Below are positions 1-13,512 of a DNA stretch of 64,000 nt, piece by piece (the stretch's first letter is position 1; every line of letters starts with the position of its first letter). The DNA lies in contig OX597816.1 in the NCBI GenBank assembly GCA_951406725.2, positions 170,500,001 through 170,564,000 of the forward strand, read 5' to 3'. The stretch is from Octopus vulgaris. Its lineage: Eukaryota. The notes beneath the pieces are model-generated. The model saw only the letters and a list, made by a program, of their open reading frames with translations. It searched no databases and was not told the origin of the DNA. The translations under genes and the position numbers were made by a program.

Positions 1-1509
1 ACCGTCCTCAATTTACAAGGTTAGGAAGGGAGTGTTTCTCTGTATGGTATCTATAGAAAGGCAGTAAATGTTAGGGCTCGTGACCCTAATGTCAGGGTGA
101 TTTTGGATCGATCGGTTGCCGTGCCTGGCCCAAAATGCAGGTTCACCTGTACGAGGAAGACTACGTTGCCCATGTAGTCATATAATTTGAATAATTGTAT
201 CGCGTATCTCCACTTTCCAGCCCCTTTTTACCTCACGAATTTTATGCAACTCATCACCCAAATTATAAACCGTCCTTCCCATGACTTTTCATTAAAAGTC
301 TCAGCGGCAAGTATAAGAAATCCTTATCGTTATCATCGTGGTCGTTATTGGCGGTGCTATGCTTTGTATTAAGGGCGTATGCTTGTGTACCTTTTTTGTT
401 CATTCTTAAACCTGGATGCATTTGCATCGTTAACATCTTTTAAAGTATCTAAGGGCCAGTTTGCTCTTTTGCTTCTTTCACCAACAGCCAACTGGAGTAA
501 GAAGTTTTTGAAACGATAATAGAACAATCTACCCCAACGACTCTCAGAGGTGAGCAGTTCTACCTTTCATGAACAAAGATTTCTCTCTCCACAGCGTACG
601 AAGTCTATAATAGTATACCATCCTTACTATGTTTTATTCTCCACAAATGGAGTACCAGTCAAAGAAATCGAGGAATTTAGTACAATAAAAATTCAACCAT
701 AGTTATTCTAACAAACTAATAAAATCAAACAGTCGAGCAACATAAGAAGGAAGACAACACGGTAATGCCTCTGGTATTACGTTTCTTAGAAACACTATTA
801 AAATATAGTTGGTGATTTTCATACGAATCAATGCATCCAAACCTCCTAAAAGAAATCACAATATATATTACACCAAATCATAAAGTAACACAAATAATAT
901 ACTACAAAAAAATAGCATTCGAGCCGGCTCATCATTAAAGAATGACATACACGTAAACCAGTAGTCAAACCACAAATGTCCAATATGATTTATAAATTTG
1001 ACGTAAATGTGAAAGCTGTAAACTGTAAAACCACAGATGTTATATTGACCAGCAAGCACGATACATACAATTACTACATAGAGCAATATGTATTTGAAAT
1101 AAATTCGAAGTATGGATATTCATTACGTTGGGGAATAGAAAAGAGAATTATAACTCCAACATGAAATTGTTGATAGTCATTCAAACATAGACATTTGCAA
1201 TTATGTGTTTCATTTCGTGATATTACTATATGCAAGAGATTTTCATCGTTTTTCAAGAGGTCTGGTCACTGACCCAATTCTGGAATTCATTGGAATTGTA
1301 TAATTTCACATGCACATCTTTGATATCTTTTGAGGCTTAACGGAATACGATATTACCACCAAATAAAAACGTGTGTTACAAATGCATTTTACAACTCTTC
1401 CGTCATTTCCAACACAGAATAACACAAACCAAAGACCCATTTTTAATATTTATAAACGATATAGCATAATGCAACATAAGTTTTCATCAATATATATACT
1501 CACAAGTTT

Positions 1510-1600
1510 TTGAAGGTGCATTTTTGTATGCATGTGTGTGTATATATGTATGTATGCAAGTACTTATGTATGTATGCATGCATGCATATATGTATGTATG

Positions 1601-1632
<32 letters not shown>

Positions 1633-1714
1633 TGTATGTATGTATGTATGTATGTATGTATGTATGTATGCATGCATGTATGTATGTATGTGTATATATA
1701 TATATATATATATA
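1510..1714. repeat. (TATG)n/(TA)n microsatellite
   Basis: Simple repeats seen directly. They generate spurious ORFs. Confidence 0.95.
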
Positions 1715-1716
1715 GT

Positions 1717-1981
1717 GGAGGCGCAATGGCCCAACGGTTAGGGTAGCAGACTCGCGATTGTAGGATCGCGATTTCGATTCCCAGACCGAGCGTTGTAAGT
1801 GTTTATTGAGCGAAAACACCTAAAACTCCACGAGGCTCCGGCGGAGGGTGGTGGCCACAACTTTCTCTCGCTCTTTCTTCTGTTGGCCTGCTCGCTTAGC
1901 CAGCGGGGTGGCGTCATTTGAAGGCTAAAACAATGCGAAGCGCATTGTGACCAGCGATGTGTAGCAACATCTGATAGCCTG
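1717..1981 (+). mobile_element. tRNA-derived SINE, octopus OR1/OR2-type (short-tail family)
   Basis: Head GGAGGCGCAATGGCCCAACGGTTAGGG...GATTTCGATTCCC (A/B boxes). Shares its tail with the copy at 6423-6732. Confidence 0.85.
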
Positions 1982-2007
1982 TATATATACAACACACATA
2001 CACTCAT

Positions 2008-2068
<61 letters not shown>

Positions 2069-2069
2069 A

Positions 2070-2290
2070 GGGCAGCGAGTTAGTAGAATCATTAGCATGC
2101 CGGGCGGAGTGCTTAGCGGAGTGCTTAGCGGTAGTTCAAATTCTGCCGAGGTCGACATTGCCTTTCATCCTTTCGGGGTCGATAAATTAAGTTCCAGTTA
2201 GGCACTGAGGTCGATATAATAGACTTAATCCGTTTGTCTGTCCTTGCTTGTCTCCTCTATGTTTAGCCCCCTGTTGGCAATAAAGAAATA
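2070..2290 (+). mobile_element. Nin/Deu-domain-type tRNA SINE
   Basis: GTTCAAATTC B-box and core GCCTTTCATCCTTTCGGGGTCGATAAATTAAG. Multiple copies in the window. Confidence 0.8.
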
Positions 2291-2309
2291 TATATATATA
2301 TATATATAT

Positions 2310-2515
2310 TCATTCATCTATTAGGTTCTCATTGTGCCTTGTGGAACTTGAAGTGACAGGAAGATCATTACACCTTCTAACACTGTAAGCGTCCACTACA
2401 CTATAGCTTTTGCAATAGCTACCATACAGAGGAACACTCCCATCCCAAACTTTGGTTGGCCACGTCTTCTTTTACCTTGTGGAACACATTGCAAAGCGAT
2501 CCTGAGAATTGAGTT
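2310..2515 (-). pseudogene. RTE-type LINE 3' fragment
   Basis: Minus translation ILRIALQCVPQGKRRRGQPK matches the RTE C-terminal GKRxRGRP motif. Confidence 0.5.
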
Positions 2516-2550
2516 CGATTTATAGCTACAAACTCGACCCACGTTTTTTA

Positions 2551-3500
2551 TTTTCTCGTTTTGTATTTATTTGTATTTTTTGTACATGTATTTTTATTAA
2601 TGCAGTTTTATTGTTACGTCATGTTCGTGTTCGTATTCATTTTGCCCCGCTGCTTGGAATTTTATTTTAATTCTCTCGCAGGAAGGCCTAGTGGATTAGT
2701 GTTCTGTCTTTGCCTTCGAAACATGCTTGAGTCTACTAGCGACAGCTGATGACGGGGTTTTTTTCCTTGTGTAGCACGTCCTGTAACTGATTTTTTCGTT
2801 TTGTTGTTTATTATATTTAAGACGCGGAATTCTCTCCCTTTGCTTTACCCTCTCCACCCTCTTTCCCTCCCACTCCTCCTCTCTCTCTCAGCCGCGTGTC
2901 CCCCTCCTCCTTCCTTCTTCCTTACTGCCAGCCTATAAAATTTCTTTTACACGTTGCTTTTACTACTGAAAAGACTGCCTTCCACGCGCTGCCACAGTAT
3001 CCTTCGTCTATGCCAGAAAAAAAGGCTTTTTCGTTCGTCCTCTTGTGTGTTTGATTTCCTGTATCGTATTCTCTTTATATTTTCTCGTTTTGTATTTATT
3101 TGTATTTTTTGTACATGTATTTTTATTTTTGCAGTTTTATTGTTACGTCCTGTTCGTGTTCGTACTCATTTTGCTTGGAATTTTATTTTAATTCTCTCGC
3201 AGGAAGGCCTAGTGGATTAGTGTTCTGTCTTTGCCTTCGAAACATGCTTGAGTCTACTAGCGACAGCTGATGACGGGAGTTTTTTCCTTGTGTAGCACGT
3301 CCTGTAACTGTTTTTTTTCGTTTTCTTGTTTTTTGTTTTTTCGTTTTCTTGTTTTTTGTTGTTTTTTTTGTTTTTCCCGTTTGTACGTCTTATTGTGGTG
3401 TCCTGTACTCACGTATAATTATTTATATATGCATGTATATATACATGTAGATGTAGGTACGTACATATATGTTCGTATGTATGCATATATTTTTATTTAT
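2551..3500. repeat. Repeat with a ~250-bp direct duplication (2551-2810 and 3081-3325), probably a PLE-derived terminal repeat
   Basis: Near-identical blocks ttttctcgttttgtatttat...gtagcacgtcctgtaactg occur twice. The region ends in (TA)n. Confidence 0.65.
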
Positions 3501-3548
<48 letters not shown>

Positions 3549-3872
3549 CTGCAGGTTAGCTTAAATACGTTTGGGACATATTTCATCTTCTAAAGGCAAA
3601 TTCATTCTAGCTACCGTGGGGAGAAAATTGTCTTATGTTAAAAGGTGTGAGCAATAACATATCTGCCCAGTACGTCCCCCTATCGGATCCCTAGATGCGA
3701 GGTTTCTGAGTTTTGAACCTCCGTCATTGCAAAATGCTAAAGAGAGGTAACTCTGGCAAAAACAAAAATGCCTCATCTGAGAATCCAATTGATAGAAGCA
3801 CTGCGCAGACATGTTGTTTTTGCACCTTTTACCATAAGAAACAGTTTTATGCATAATCACTTCTGATGCTGT

Positions 3873-3909
<37 letters not shown>

Positions 3910-4143
3910 GCGTACGTGTGCGTGCGTGCGCGTATATGTGTATGTGTGCGTGTGTGTGTGGTATGTGTGTGTGTTTGTGTGTGTGTGTGTGTGGTATGTG
4001 TGTGTGTTTGTGTGTGTGTGTGTGTTTGCGTTTACCGAGAGAGGGATTGAGAGGGAGAGAGAGAGAGAGAGAGAGAGAGATAAGAGAGCCACCTAGCGTA
4101 GATAGACAGATTTAAGAATACTGGAAGAATAACAGATATCAAA

Positions 4144-4149
4144 TTTATT
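4144..4149 (-). promoter_or_regulatory. Possible polyadenylation signal AATAAA of the TPR gene
   Basis: AATAAA on the minus strand ~33 nt after the stop codon. The motif is common in AT-rich DNA. Confidence 0.3.
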
Positions 4150-4181
4150 TCTTAGAAACAATTCAGTAATTTACAGGTGTT

Positions 4182-4321
4182 TCAACGCTTTTTCAAACGA
4201 GATTCGCCAAGTGGATGATGTTCTTTCTGGTGAAGACGCGCCCATATATTTTGCAATGATGTTGGCTCAGTCACGTGGTTCAAAGCTCTTAAGAATACTT
4301 CTTCACTTTCTTTTCGTCGAT
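4182..4321 (-). CDS. Terminal coding exon of a TPR-repeat protein (TMTC-family-like C-terminus)
   Basis: Minus-strand acceptor tttgtttatttttttatcAG. Phase-1 start, open frame RRKESEEVFLRALNHVTEPTSLQNIWARLHQKEHHPLGESRLKKR then TGA. Joins the 37295-37409 exon in frame to give the TPR AWESVVAYLHHLNRRKESEEVFLRAL. Confidence 0.75.
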
Positions 4322-4399
4322 CTGATAAAAAAATAAACAAAAACTATTTTAAATATAAATATATATTTCATCTAATACATACCTTAGTACTTACATGTA

Positions 4400-6240
4400 G
4401 GTTTCAAATTTTGGCACAGGGCCAGCATGTTCGGGAGAGAGGGTAGGTCGATTACTTCAATCCTAGTGCTCAAAAGGATGCAAAAATGATAAAAAGCAAA
4501 TCGACCTCGGCGGAATTTGAACTCAGAAGGTAAAAACGGACAAAATGCCGCTAAACATCTTGCCCCGATGCATTTAATGATTATTGAAGCTCACCGCTTT
4601 CTTCAGTAACCAGCAAATTCTTTTCTACTCTAGGTACAAGGCCCGAAATTTTGTAGGAAGGGGCCAGTCGATTAGATCGACCCCAGTACGCAACTGGGTA
4701 GAAAGTCGACCTCGGCGGAATTTCAGTAATCTACATATTGAGATGCGAATAGTTCTATGCACCTCCATGCAAATGTATTTAGCGAAACAAAATTTACATC
4801 CCAAGAAAGAAAACCAGCGAAAATATTCTTTTCAACTCTAGACACAAGGCTAGAAATTATCGGGGAGAGGCCCAACGATTAGATCGACCGCAATATACAA
4901 CTTGCAATTTATTGACCCCGAAAGGATGAAAAGCAAAGTCGACCTCGGTGGAATTTGAACTCAGAAGGTAAAAACGGACGAAATACTGTTAAGCATTTCA
5001 CCCGGCGTGTCAACGGTTCTGCCAGCTCGCCACCTTAAACCTTTTCTATTCTAGTCACAAGGCCCGAAATTTTGGGAGAGGGGACCAGTCAATTAGATCG
5101 ACCACAGAATGCAACTGGTACTTAATTTATCGACCCCGAAAGGATAAAAGGTGAAGTCGACCTCGGCGGAATTTGACCTCAGAACGTAAAGGTAGGCGAT
5201 ATACCGCCAAGCATAACGTTTCTTATTTATTTATTGCCCACAAGGGGCTAAACATAGAGGGGACAAACAAGGAGAGACAAAGGGATTAAGTCGATTACAT
5301 CGACTCCAGTGCGTCGCTGGTACTTAATTTATCGATACTTAAAGGATGAAAGGCTAAGTCGACCGCGGCGGAATTTGAATTAAGAACGTAGCAGCAGACG
5401 AAATACCGCTAAGCATTTCGCCCGGACTGTTAACGTTTCTGCCGGCTCGCCGCCTTAAGCCGCGAAAATGTTTTAGGTAAAGTGGGCAGGGAGAAGTATG
5501 ATTATTTCTACTCTAGGCACAAGGCCTTGAACATTTTAAGGGAAAGGGGGCTAGGCGATTACATCGACGCCAGTGCGTAACTGGTACCTTGTTTATCGAC
5601 CCCGAAAGGATGAAAAGCAAAGTCGACATCAGCGGAAGAGAGGACAAACAAGGATAGACAAACGGATTAAATCGATTATATTGACCTCAGTGCCTAACTG
5701 GTACTTATTTAATCGACCCCGAAAGGATGAAAGGCAAAGTCGACCTCGGCGCAATTTGAACTCAGAACGTAGCGGCAGACGAAATACCGCTAAGCATTTC
5801 GCCCGGCGTGCTATCGTTTCTACCAGCTCACCGCCTTAAACCGTAAAAATAATGTTTTAGTAAAGTGGGCAATGAGAAGCATGATACTCATATAAATATG
5901 TTTCCAAAAAGCATTCGTAAATAACAATACTCTATTAATAAGATATTAGGCTGTGAGTTTCCCAAAGGTGTAACTATATTCAAATGGCTTCAGCTGCAAA
6001 AGGAAACTTCAATAGGTTGGTTTACTATACTGTATTATATTTTATAAAATTATGGTTCTTCATTTAGGAACAAGGCTAGTAATTTTGAGTGTTGTAGTTA
6101 GTCGACAACATCGACTTGGTGATACTTTATTTTATTGAAACTGAAAGGATGAAAGGCAAAGATAACCTCTGTGGGATTTCAACTCAGAATATAAAATGTT
6201 GGAACGTATACAGCAGGCCATTTTTCCGACGCTCTAAAGA
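4400..6240 (-). mobile_element. Head-to-tail cluster of about 8 Nin-domain SINE copies or fragments
   Basis: Repeated aaggatgaaaggcaaagtcgacctcggcggaatttgaactcagaa units, all in one orientation, with two alternative tails. Confidence 0.85.
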
Positions 6241-6422
6241 TATTCCAGGCATATAAACACAAAATGGTCTACTACTAAAGTTAGATTTATTAAATTATAT
6301 TGCTAATACTCTTGTATATTTTTGCATCCTTATTACAAAATACGCTGTTTCTTTCCTTTCTTTTGGTTTTCAATATTTTCTAAGCTGTTTCCGCTGAAAG
6401 AGATGCAATTATATCGAATTAT

Positions 6423-6732
6423 CACCATGATCACCGTGACCGACCAGGCTATCAGACGTTGCTACACATCGCTGGTCACAATGCGCTTCGCATTGCTTTA
6501 GCCTCCAAATGACGCCACCCCGCTGGCTAAGCGAGCAGGCCAACAGAAGAAAGAGTGAGAGAAAGTTGTGGCGAAAGAGTACAGCAGGGACCGCCACCAT
6601 TCCCTGCCGGAGCCTCGTGGAGCTTTTAGGTGTTTTCGCTCAATAAACACACACAACGCCCGGTTTAGGAATCGAAACCGCGAACCTCCGACCGCGAGTC
6701 CGCTGCCCTAACCACTGGGCCATTGCGCCTCC
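6423..6732 (-). mobile_element. OR-type tRNA SINE (short-tail family) with TSD
   Basis: Full head and tail. 12-bp direct repeat ATATCGAATTAT at 6411-6422 and 6735-6746. Confidence 0.9.
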
Positions 6733-7019
6733 ACATATCGAATTATAAGCTTTCTTAATTTTTCCTGAAAATGCCGATAGTATGTGATTGCTTATTAGAG
6801 TGTTATCCAGCATAGTTGTCATATATGCGCTGTACTTTACGTTGAAAACTTTGTTTCTGATATAAGCGAAGAATCGAAACAACAGGCAAAACTCCGATTA
6901 GCAAATATTCTGAGACACACACACACATGCACAGGCACACAGACACACACACAGACACACACACACATGTATATATATATATATATATATTCTGATAAGT
7001 AAATATTTTTGAAATATAC

Positions 7020-7070
<51 letters not shown>

Positions 7071-7151
7071 GGAGTAAACACATGAATGTGAAACAAGGTG
7101 GAAAATAGAGTACTCAAATACCAGGGGTAGAGTAATATGCTTTTAAATAAA

Positions 7152-7197
<46 letters not shown>

Positions 7198-7513
7198 CAG
7201 TACTGGGAGAATAAGAAACGGAACGAAGCGAACGAATCATGCATATATTTTATTTATTACACTGTATATATATATATATATATACGACGGACTCTCACGT
7301 CGAAGACGACATATGAGCGTTTATTTATTTAGCTAACACAATTTGATCCGATTTGATCCGTTCCAGTTCAACTTGATGCTTCTTAGGCTTTTTACAGAAA
7401 CAGAGCTCGTGTGCCTCACGTAGTCTAATGGAGAGGCGTAGGAGGTTCAAGTTGTCTACCGGAAACTGGCTACAATTGGTCAAGTGCCTTCGCATGTTGT
7501 TATTAGAAATGAG

Positions 7514-7968
7514 GGATATTTTCGGTTTGAACGGCAGTTTTGAACATAATTTCTAGGTAACTAAAAAATTTTAAACTTCGAATACTGGTAGAATGTGTTT
7601 ATAAAACATCTTTTTCTCTTGGCTTTATTGAGAAAATTCTATAGTTTGTAAGATATTTGTTGTTTTTTTCTCCCTTTTCTGCAATTTGAACCAATCAATG
7701 ACCGTCTATTGAGGTGAAAACATTCTGTGCCGTATGAAAATGTTCCTCATTTAAGAAACAGATTGGGTTTATTTACATTTCTGAAGAAAAAAAGATACCC
7801 TTCCTACACCCTTAACCCTAACCCTAACCCTAACTAACCCTACCTCTAACCCTAACCCTAACCCTAAAATAGATTGAAATGCAATATATCGATATTAGGG
7901 TCATAACTATGGGTGACAATTTCATATGACACCGCTAGAAAAAACTGCCGTTCAAACCGAAAAGATCC
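7514..7968. mobile_element. MITE, possibly Merlin-like, containing (CCCTAA)n
   Basis: ~28-bp TIR GGATMTTTTCGGTTTGAACGGCAGTTTT. 8-bp TSD gaaatgag/aaaatgag (one mismatch). Telomere-type repeats at ~7810-7867. Confidence 0.8.
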
Positions 7969-8129
7969 AAAATGAGATTGCAATTCCAGCGATTCCAATT
8001 GCATTAAAAAGAATTTTTGGAACCACATGGCTGTGTAGGAATTTGATGCCACATTCTGCTTGGTTTGTGGGATGTATAAAAGTTATATGCATGCACAGAT
8101 GTGGGTATCTGACTAGGTATTTGATACAT

Positions 8130-8207
<78 letters not shown>

Positions 8208-8290
8208 ACAATTTAACAAATAAAGCATATGCATGCATACATATATGTACACCAATACACACACACACACACATATATATATATACATAT

Positions 8291-8471
<181 letters not shown>

Positions 8472-9743
8472 GTGTGTGTGTGCATCATTTGCTTTTATGT
8501 GTGTCTGTTTGTACGTACCTGTGTCTGCGAATACGTGTGCATTAATGTCTAATGTGTACGCGTGTGTGTGCAGGTGTTTGTGCGTACGTGTTCAATATGG
8601 GGTCGAATAATACCTACATACATACTCACTTGTATTTGGGTGTTCAAACGTTACATTTTTGGCCGAATGCGTAAAAGAATATTTAGTATGTGATATAGAA
8701 TAATATAATATGTAATGTAATATGCAATCTTAGGTCATAGCAAGTAGTACTATTCCTTAGTGTATTTTTTTTCTAATGTTATCGACGAGGGCGACTTCGT
8801 TTGTGTATGGTTCTTAATAATATTGATTAGTTTCAGTTATTCGTTTTGTTAAGTTCTTTTCATGCGGACAATGCCTATGTCTGTATATTTCATTGGTGAC
8901 TTCTTAATTTCGTTTTGTTGTGACCTTTTTGTTATGTTGAGTTAGTTGTGTATTTTATTTTTTTTTTTTGCACAGTCTTTCAAAACAGTATCGATTGCTC
9001 GTGATATGCTTCATATTTTTTTCAGTTTTGTTTTATATTAACTTATTTGCCAAAACAGTCATACATCCTGCTTTATTATTTATCGTCTAACGATTGTCGT
9101 GACGAGATATTACATCTCTTTCGACTGGTGTTTATCGTCGTGTGGATTTGGTAAGTATCAATAGTATACAGATATATGTATATATATATATATATATATA
9201 ATAGTTTTATGACTATACCCACTATTTCTGTCGACTCCCTCAGCCCCTTTCCTAACAGACACTGCTCCTTGATCCTTGGCCATAGATTTTGATATACAAA
9301 GATTTGATAAACTAGTCTATAAATTAAAACTGACCCCATAAAACAGTGACAAGCAAAATCTGTAACAAGTCTTTCTTCCTGATACCTTAGTAGTTTCTAA
9401 GCTGAAGCGAATACAGCATGTTCTTTGTCTATCTCCTTCCCTTCTTGGATACTAATGTCTCCATCTGTTCTAATTTAATTAAATTCTATGTCTTTATGCA
9501 GCTGATTAAATTTTATGTCTTTATGCTCTGCATTTAAATTGATGTAATGAATGCATTGTTCAATTAAATGGAGTTGCTTGAGATGATTGCACTGCATTCC
9601 CTCTGGATATTCTTGTTACTTATTTTGATTTTAATTACTTCATTTTGAAATTGTAAGGATTATACCGTACTAAATTCTGGTTCCACATCTGAATCTAAAT
9701 TTTTGCTTTGTATATATACATATATACATACTTACAACTATCC

Positions 9744-9789
<46 letters not shown>

Positions 9790-9792
<3 letters not shown>

Positions 9793-10005
9793 TAACGGGA
9801 AGCTTTACGAAAATAAACAAAAGACGAAGGCAGGTGGAGTACAAACAAACAAATGTATTAGTATGGCGCTCAGGAATAGAAATAGAACAAGTCTTTTACG
9901 TTTCGAGCCTACGCTCTTCGACAGAAAGATACACAGAAAAAAACAAGGAGAGAAACAAGGAGAGAAAAAAAGGAGAGAAAAAATGCGTGTAGGAGCTAAC
10001 GATCT
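9790..10005 (-). mobile_element. Short PLE-type terminal repeat flanked by (TA)n
   Basis: Contains a minimal hammerhead-like motif. Architecture parallels the 59535-59750 element. Confidence 0.6.
9892..9929 (-). ncRNA. Minimal hammerhead ribozyme-like motif (variant core)
   Basis: TCTTT-CTGTCGA-A-GAGC-GTAG-GCTC-GAAA-CG-TA-AAAGA. Helix I is 5 bp, helix II 4 bp, helix III palindromic ACGT. Core is CUGU instead of CUGA. Confidence 0.5.
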
Positions 10006-10012
10006 ATCTATA

Positions 10013-10043
<31 letters not shown>

Positions 10044-11009
10044 GCATATATGGGCACTGGACGTCATGAAACGAGTACAACAAAAATGTACGAAGCGCGA
10101 GTACATGGAACATACACACATATGTGTGTGTGTGTGCGTGTATACGGTTTTGTCAGTGGACACATGTCAACATGAAAAGAATAGTAGAAGCATCAGCAAC
10201 ATTCAACTAAAAATAAAAACGTGCATACGTAAAACATTAAGTTGATTTGCGCCCAAAAGAATTAATTCCATTCAGTGACACACTGCTGTGCACAATTATA
10301 TTTAAAATGTTTTATATGTACGCAGATAAAATTACAATTTTTAACCGGCAAATCTTGTAAAACATAACCCATAAACATGACGGATAATCAGCGAAAAATC
10401 AAGCGAATCTTTACAGAAAAATCCATAAATATGTGGGATATCTTACTGAAGAACTAAGCTCTGAAATGATTAAACGATATATAAAAAAACACATTGGATG
10501 TACGCCTATTAACAGAAACAAGTTAATAGAAATGAAAACAAAAATGAAATATGTTCAAGTATCAAATGAACGCAGGAAAGACGAAAAATGTTAACTAGCC
10601 AAAAGTAAAATAGCAAAATAAGGAACCAATCACTGTATTAAGCGACCACAACAGCGATGTATTCAAAATAAAACATAGCTAACGGAACATTACAGACCAA
10701 CTGATATAAGTATTGATACACCGAGTAATATTAACCTTTGCCCGGTTGGAGTTGCGTCGTGTATTCATTCCTCTCGAGTTGAAAAAAATAAATTCAATAC
10801 CAGTAAACTATATAATATACATGTGTGTGTGTGTGTGTGTGTGTGTATGTTTTTTGCGTGCATGTGTGTATGTGTGTGCATGCGTGCGTGCGTGTGCTTC
10901 GATATTCTAGTTCAGGAAGTAGGGACAATTGTCAGGAAAGGTTTCGACCTAATCTAGTGCTCAGGAAATAAATTCACTGCAATCGCTATGCTGCAGTTTG
11001 TAGGGGATT

Positions 11010-11085
<76 letters not shown>

Positions 11086-11094
11086 TCTTTTATA

Positions 11095-11530
11095 TTTTAT
11101 TTGTTTTACTCATTAGATTGCAGCCATGCTGGGGCAAATACACTGGAGTGTTTTAATATAATGAATTAACCCTACTACTTATTTTAAAGCCTGGTATTTA
11201 TTCTATCACTTTCTTAAATCGAACTGCAAATTTCCTGGAACGTAAACAAACCAACACCGGTTATCAAGCGATGAGGGAGACCAACACAAATACAGACATC
11301 ACACACATACACACACACTCATTCACACACACACACACATATATATATGTATACATACCGAATGTATGTACACACGACTTCTTTCAGTTTCCGTGTATCA
11401 AATCCACTCACTAGTTTTTGGTAGGCTTGGGACCATAGTAGAAGGTACTTGTTCAAAGTGCCACACGGTCGGACTGAACTATTAACTGTGAGGCCGGGAA
11501 GCAAGATTCTTACACTGCCATGGCTGCGCC
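11095..11530 (-). mobile_element. Degenerate OK-type SINE
   Basis: Similar to the intact copies (ctttcagtttccgt...aatccactcac; gccatgctgg). Confidence 0.75.
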
Positions 11531-11550
11531 TACTCAGGCACGTAAAGAAT

Positions 11551-12635
11551 TATTGGGTTGTCCGGAAAGTTCGTGCCGATTTTTAAAGGAAAGAAAAAAG
11601 GTCGATAAATACTTGCCATTACATTTTTAATCAACCAAATATGAACCACTTTGTTGTACAATGCGTCTCCATTTTCCCTTTAACTTGAGAATATCCTCTT
11701 TCCAGAATTGAGGTGGTTTCATGGCAAAGAATTCATCAAGGTATCTTTTTACGTCATCCAAGGAATTGAAATTTTTACCATTAAGACTATTCTGCAGAGA
11801 CCTGAATAAGTAGAAATCCGAAGGAGCAATATCTGGTGAATATAGAGGGTAGGGTAACACATCTCAGCCGAGCTGCAGCAATTTGTGTCTGGTTCCCAAA
11901 GAAACGTGCGGTCTTGCATTATCATATTGGAAAACAACAGCCTTCCCGTTGGCCAATTCTGGACGTTTCTCTTGAATTGCTACTTTTAACTCGTCCAGTT
12001 GTGTGCAGTATTTCTCAGAATTAATTGTCTGGTTACTTGGGAGGAGCCCATAGTACAGAATTCCTTTCCAATCCCATCAGACACAAAGCAAGACTTTTTG
12101 AGGGCGAAGACCCGCTTTTGGGATGGCTGAGTGTGGCTCATGTCGCTTACTGCATGAACGACGGATTTTGATAGGTTGAGGCTTTCTGCCAATTCTCGGG
12201 TTGTGCAATGTGGGTTATTCTCAATTAATGACTTGATTTGGTCATCATCTGTAAGGGATGGTCTGCCTGATCGCTCTTTATCAATAAGGCTACAATCTCC
12301 AGTTCGGAACCTTGCGAACCACTTCCGTACAGTTCTTTCGGATTAAGAAACATCACTGTAAACTGCGTATATTTTCTGGTTCCTTGTGAGGCATTTTTCC
12401 CTTTGCAGAAAAAGAAAAGTATCAAGTGCCGAAAATGAACTTTCTTATCTTAGGGTTGCAGAATTAACACAGGTTATAAGAACATAAACCTTCCTTCCAC
12501 GAAAAGATAGCTTAAACTGTGCTCGAATTGAGGTGTAGTTAAATCCTACTTTATGGACTCAACCATGTTCTAAAATAAGTCCATGTTCTAAATAAGCTAC
12601 TATAAATCGGCACGAACTTTCCGGACAACCCAATA
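11551..12635 (-). mobile_element. Mariner transposon, internally deleted, with transposase pseudogene
   Basis: Perfect TIRs TATTGGGTTGTCCGGAAAGTTCGTGCCGATTT at both ends with TA. Fragments LYSPDIAPSDFYLFRSL and WRRIVQQSGSY are spread over shifted frames. Confidence 0.93.
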
Positions 12636-13216
12636 GTTTACTGATAGATGCCCTTTCGTATTATATTGTATCAGTTATTTCATGCTTGAATTTGCTTATA
12701 AGTTGTTTACGTGGGGTTTTTTTTCTAAGTATAACTGATAAATCTAGTGAAGACATAGGAACAGTGTTGTTTACAAATTTTACCGCTAAATAAGACAGTG
12801 AGAAAAGATATAGAAAATTGCAATGTCTAGTGTAAGATTTTTAGACAGGCAGAACATGAATTATAAAAATTAACAATGATGTAAAAAGACGGAAAATAAT
12901 TTGTATGAAACATCAAAATAATAAAAAGATACACAGTTACAATTCTCTACAATATGTGTATAGTGGGATTTAATTATACATGTAAAAGTTTGGCAATTCA
13001 AAGTAAATCTTTGTTGAATAATGTAAACTACATTGTCTTCATCAACTCTCACTAAAAGAAGATAATCAGAAGCAATGTGCTGCATTTGAAATGTTAGATA
13101 AAACTTCGAAGAAATGTGTATGATAAGCGTTGTACTTCTAAAAGAATGTATGCATTTTTTGAAATGCAAGAATAAAACAAATACATTCTATCTTATGTAA
13201 CATCTCTCTCTCCCTT

Positions 13217-13256
<40 letters not shown>

Positions 13257-13512
13257 CTGGTATACGTATGAATAACAACAGTTTACAAAGGATGTGATAA
13301 ACATAAGGCTCCAGTACTGGCATTATACGTATATAAACATATTCTTTCTATGCTACTGATGTAGAGAAAAGGAGAGAGGCTGTCTCCTGACAGATAATTT
13401 TGGGGCAGCTGACCGTTCTTCAGGGAAGAGGTACACAGCTTCCTGCTAAAATCAATAGTACACTATAGTACAGAAAAAAATGCGCCTACATTAATATTAC
13501 ATACGCAATAAA

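Noticed and set aside
2712-2757. GAAA...TC...CTGATGA arrangement resembling a type-II hammerhead (also near 3235-3278)
   Set aside because: Helices I and III do not pair convincingly.
4400-5850. Repeat-spacer-like periodicity suggesting a CRISPR array
   Set aside because: Units are ~200-bp SINE copies, the context is eukaryotic, and there are no cas genes.
6660-6732. tRNA-like sequences at SINE heads
   Set aside because: They continue into SINE bodies and lack a proper acceptor stem, so they are not tRNA genes.
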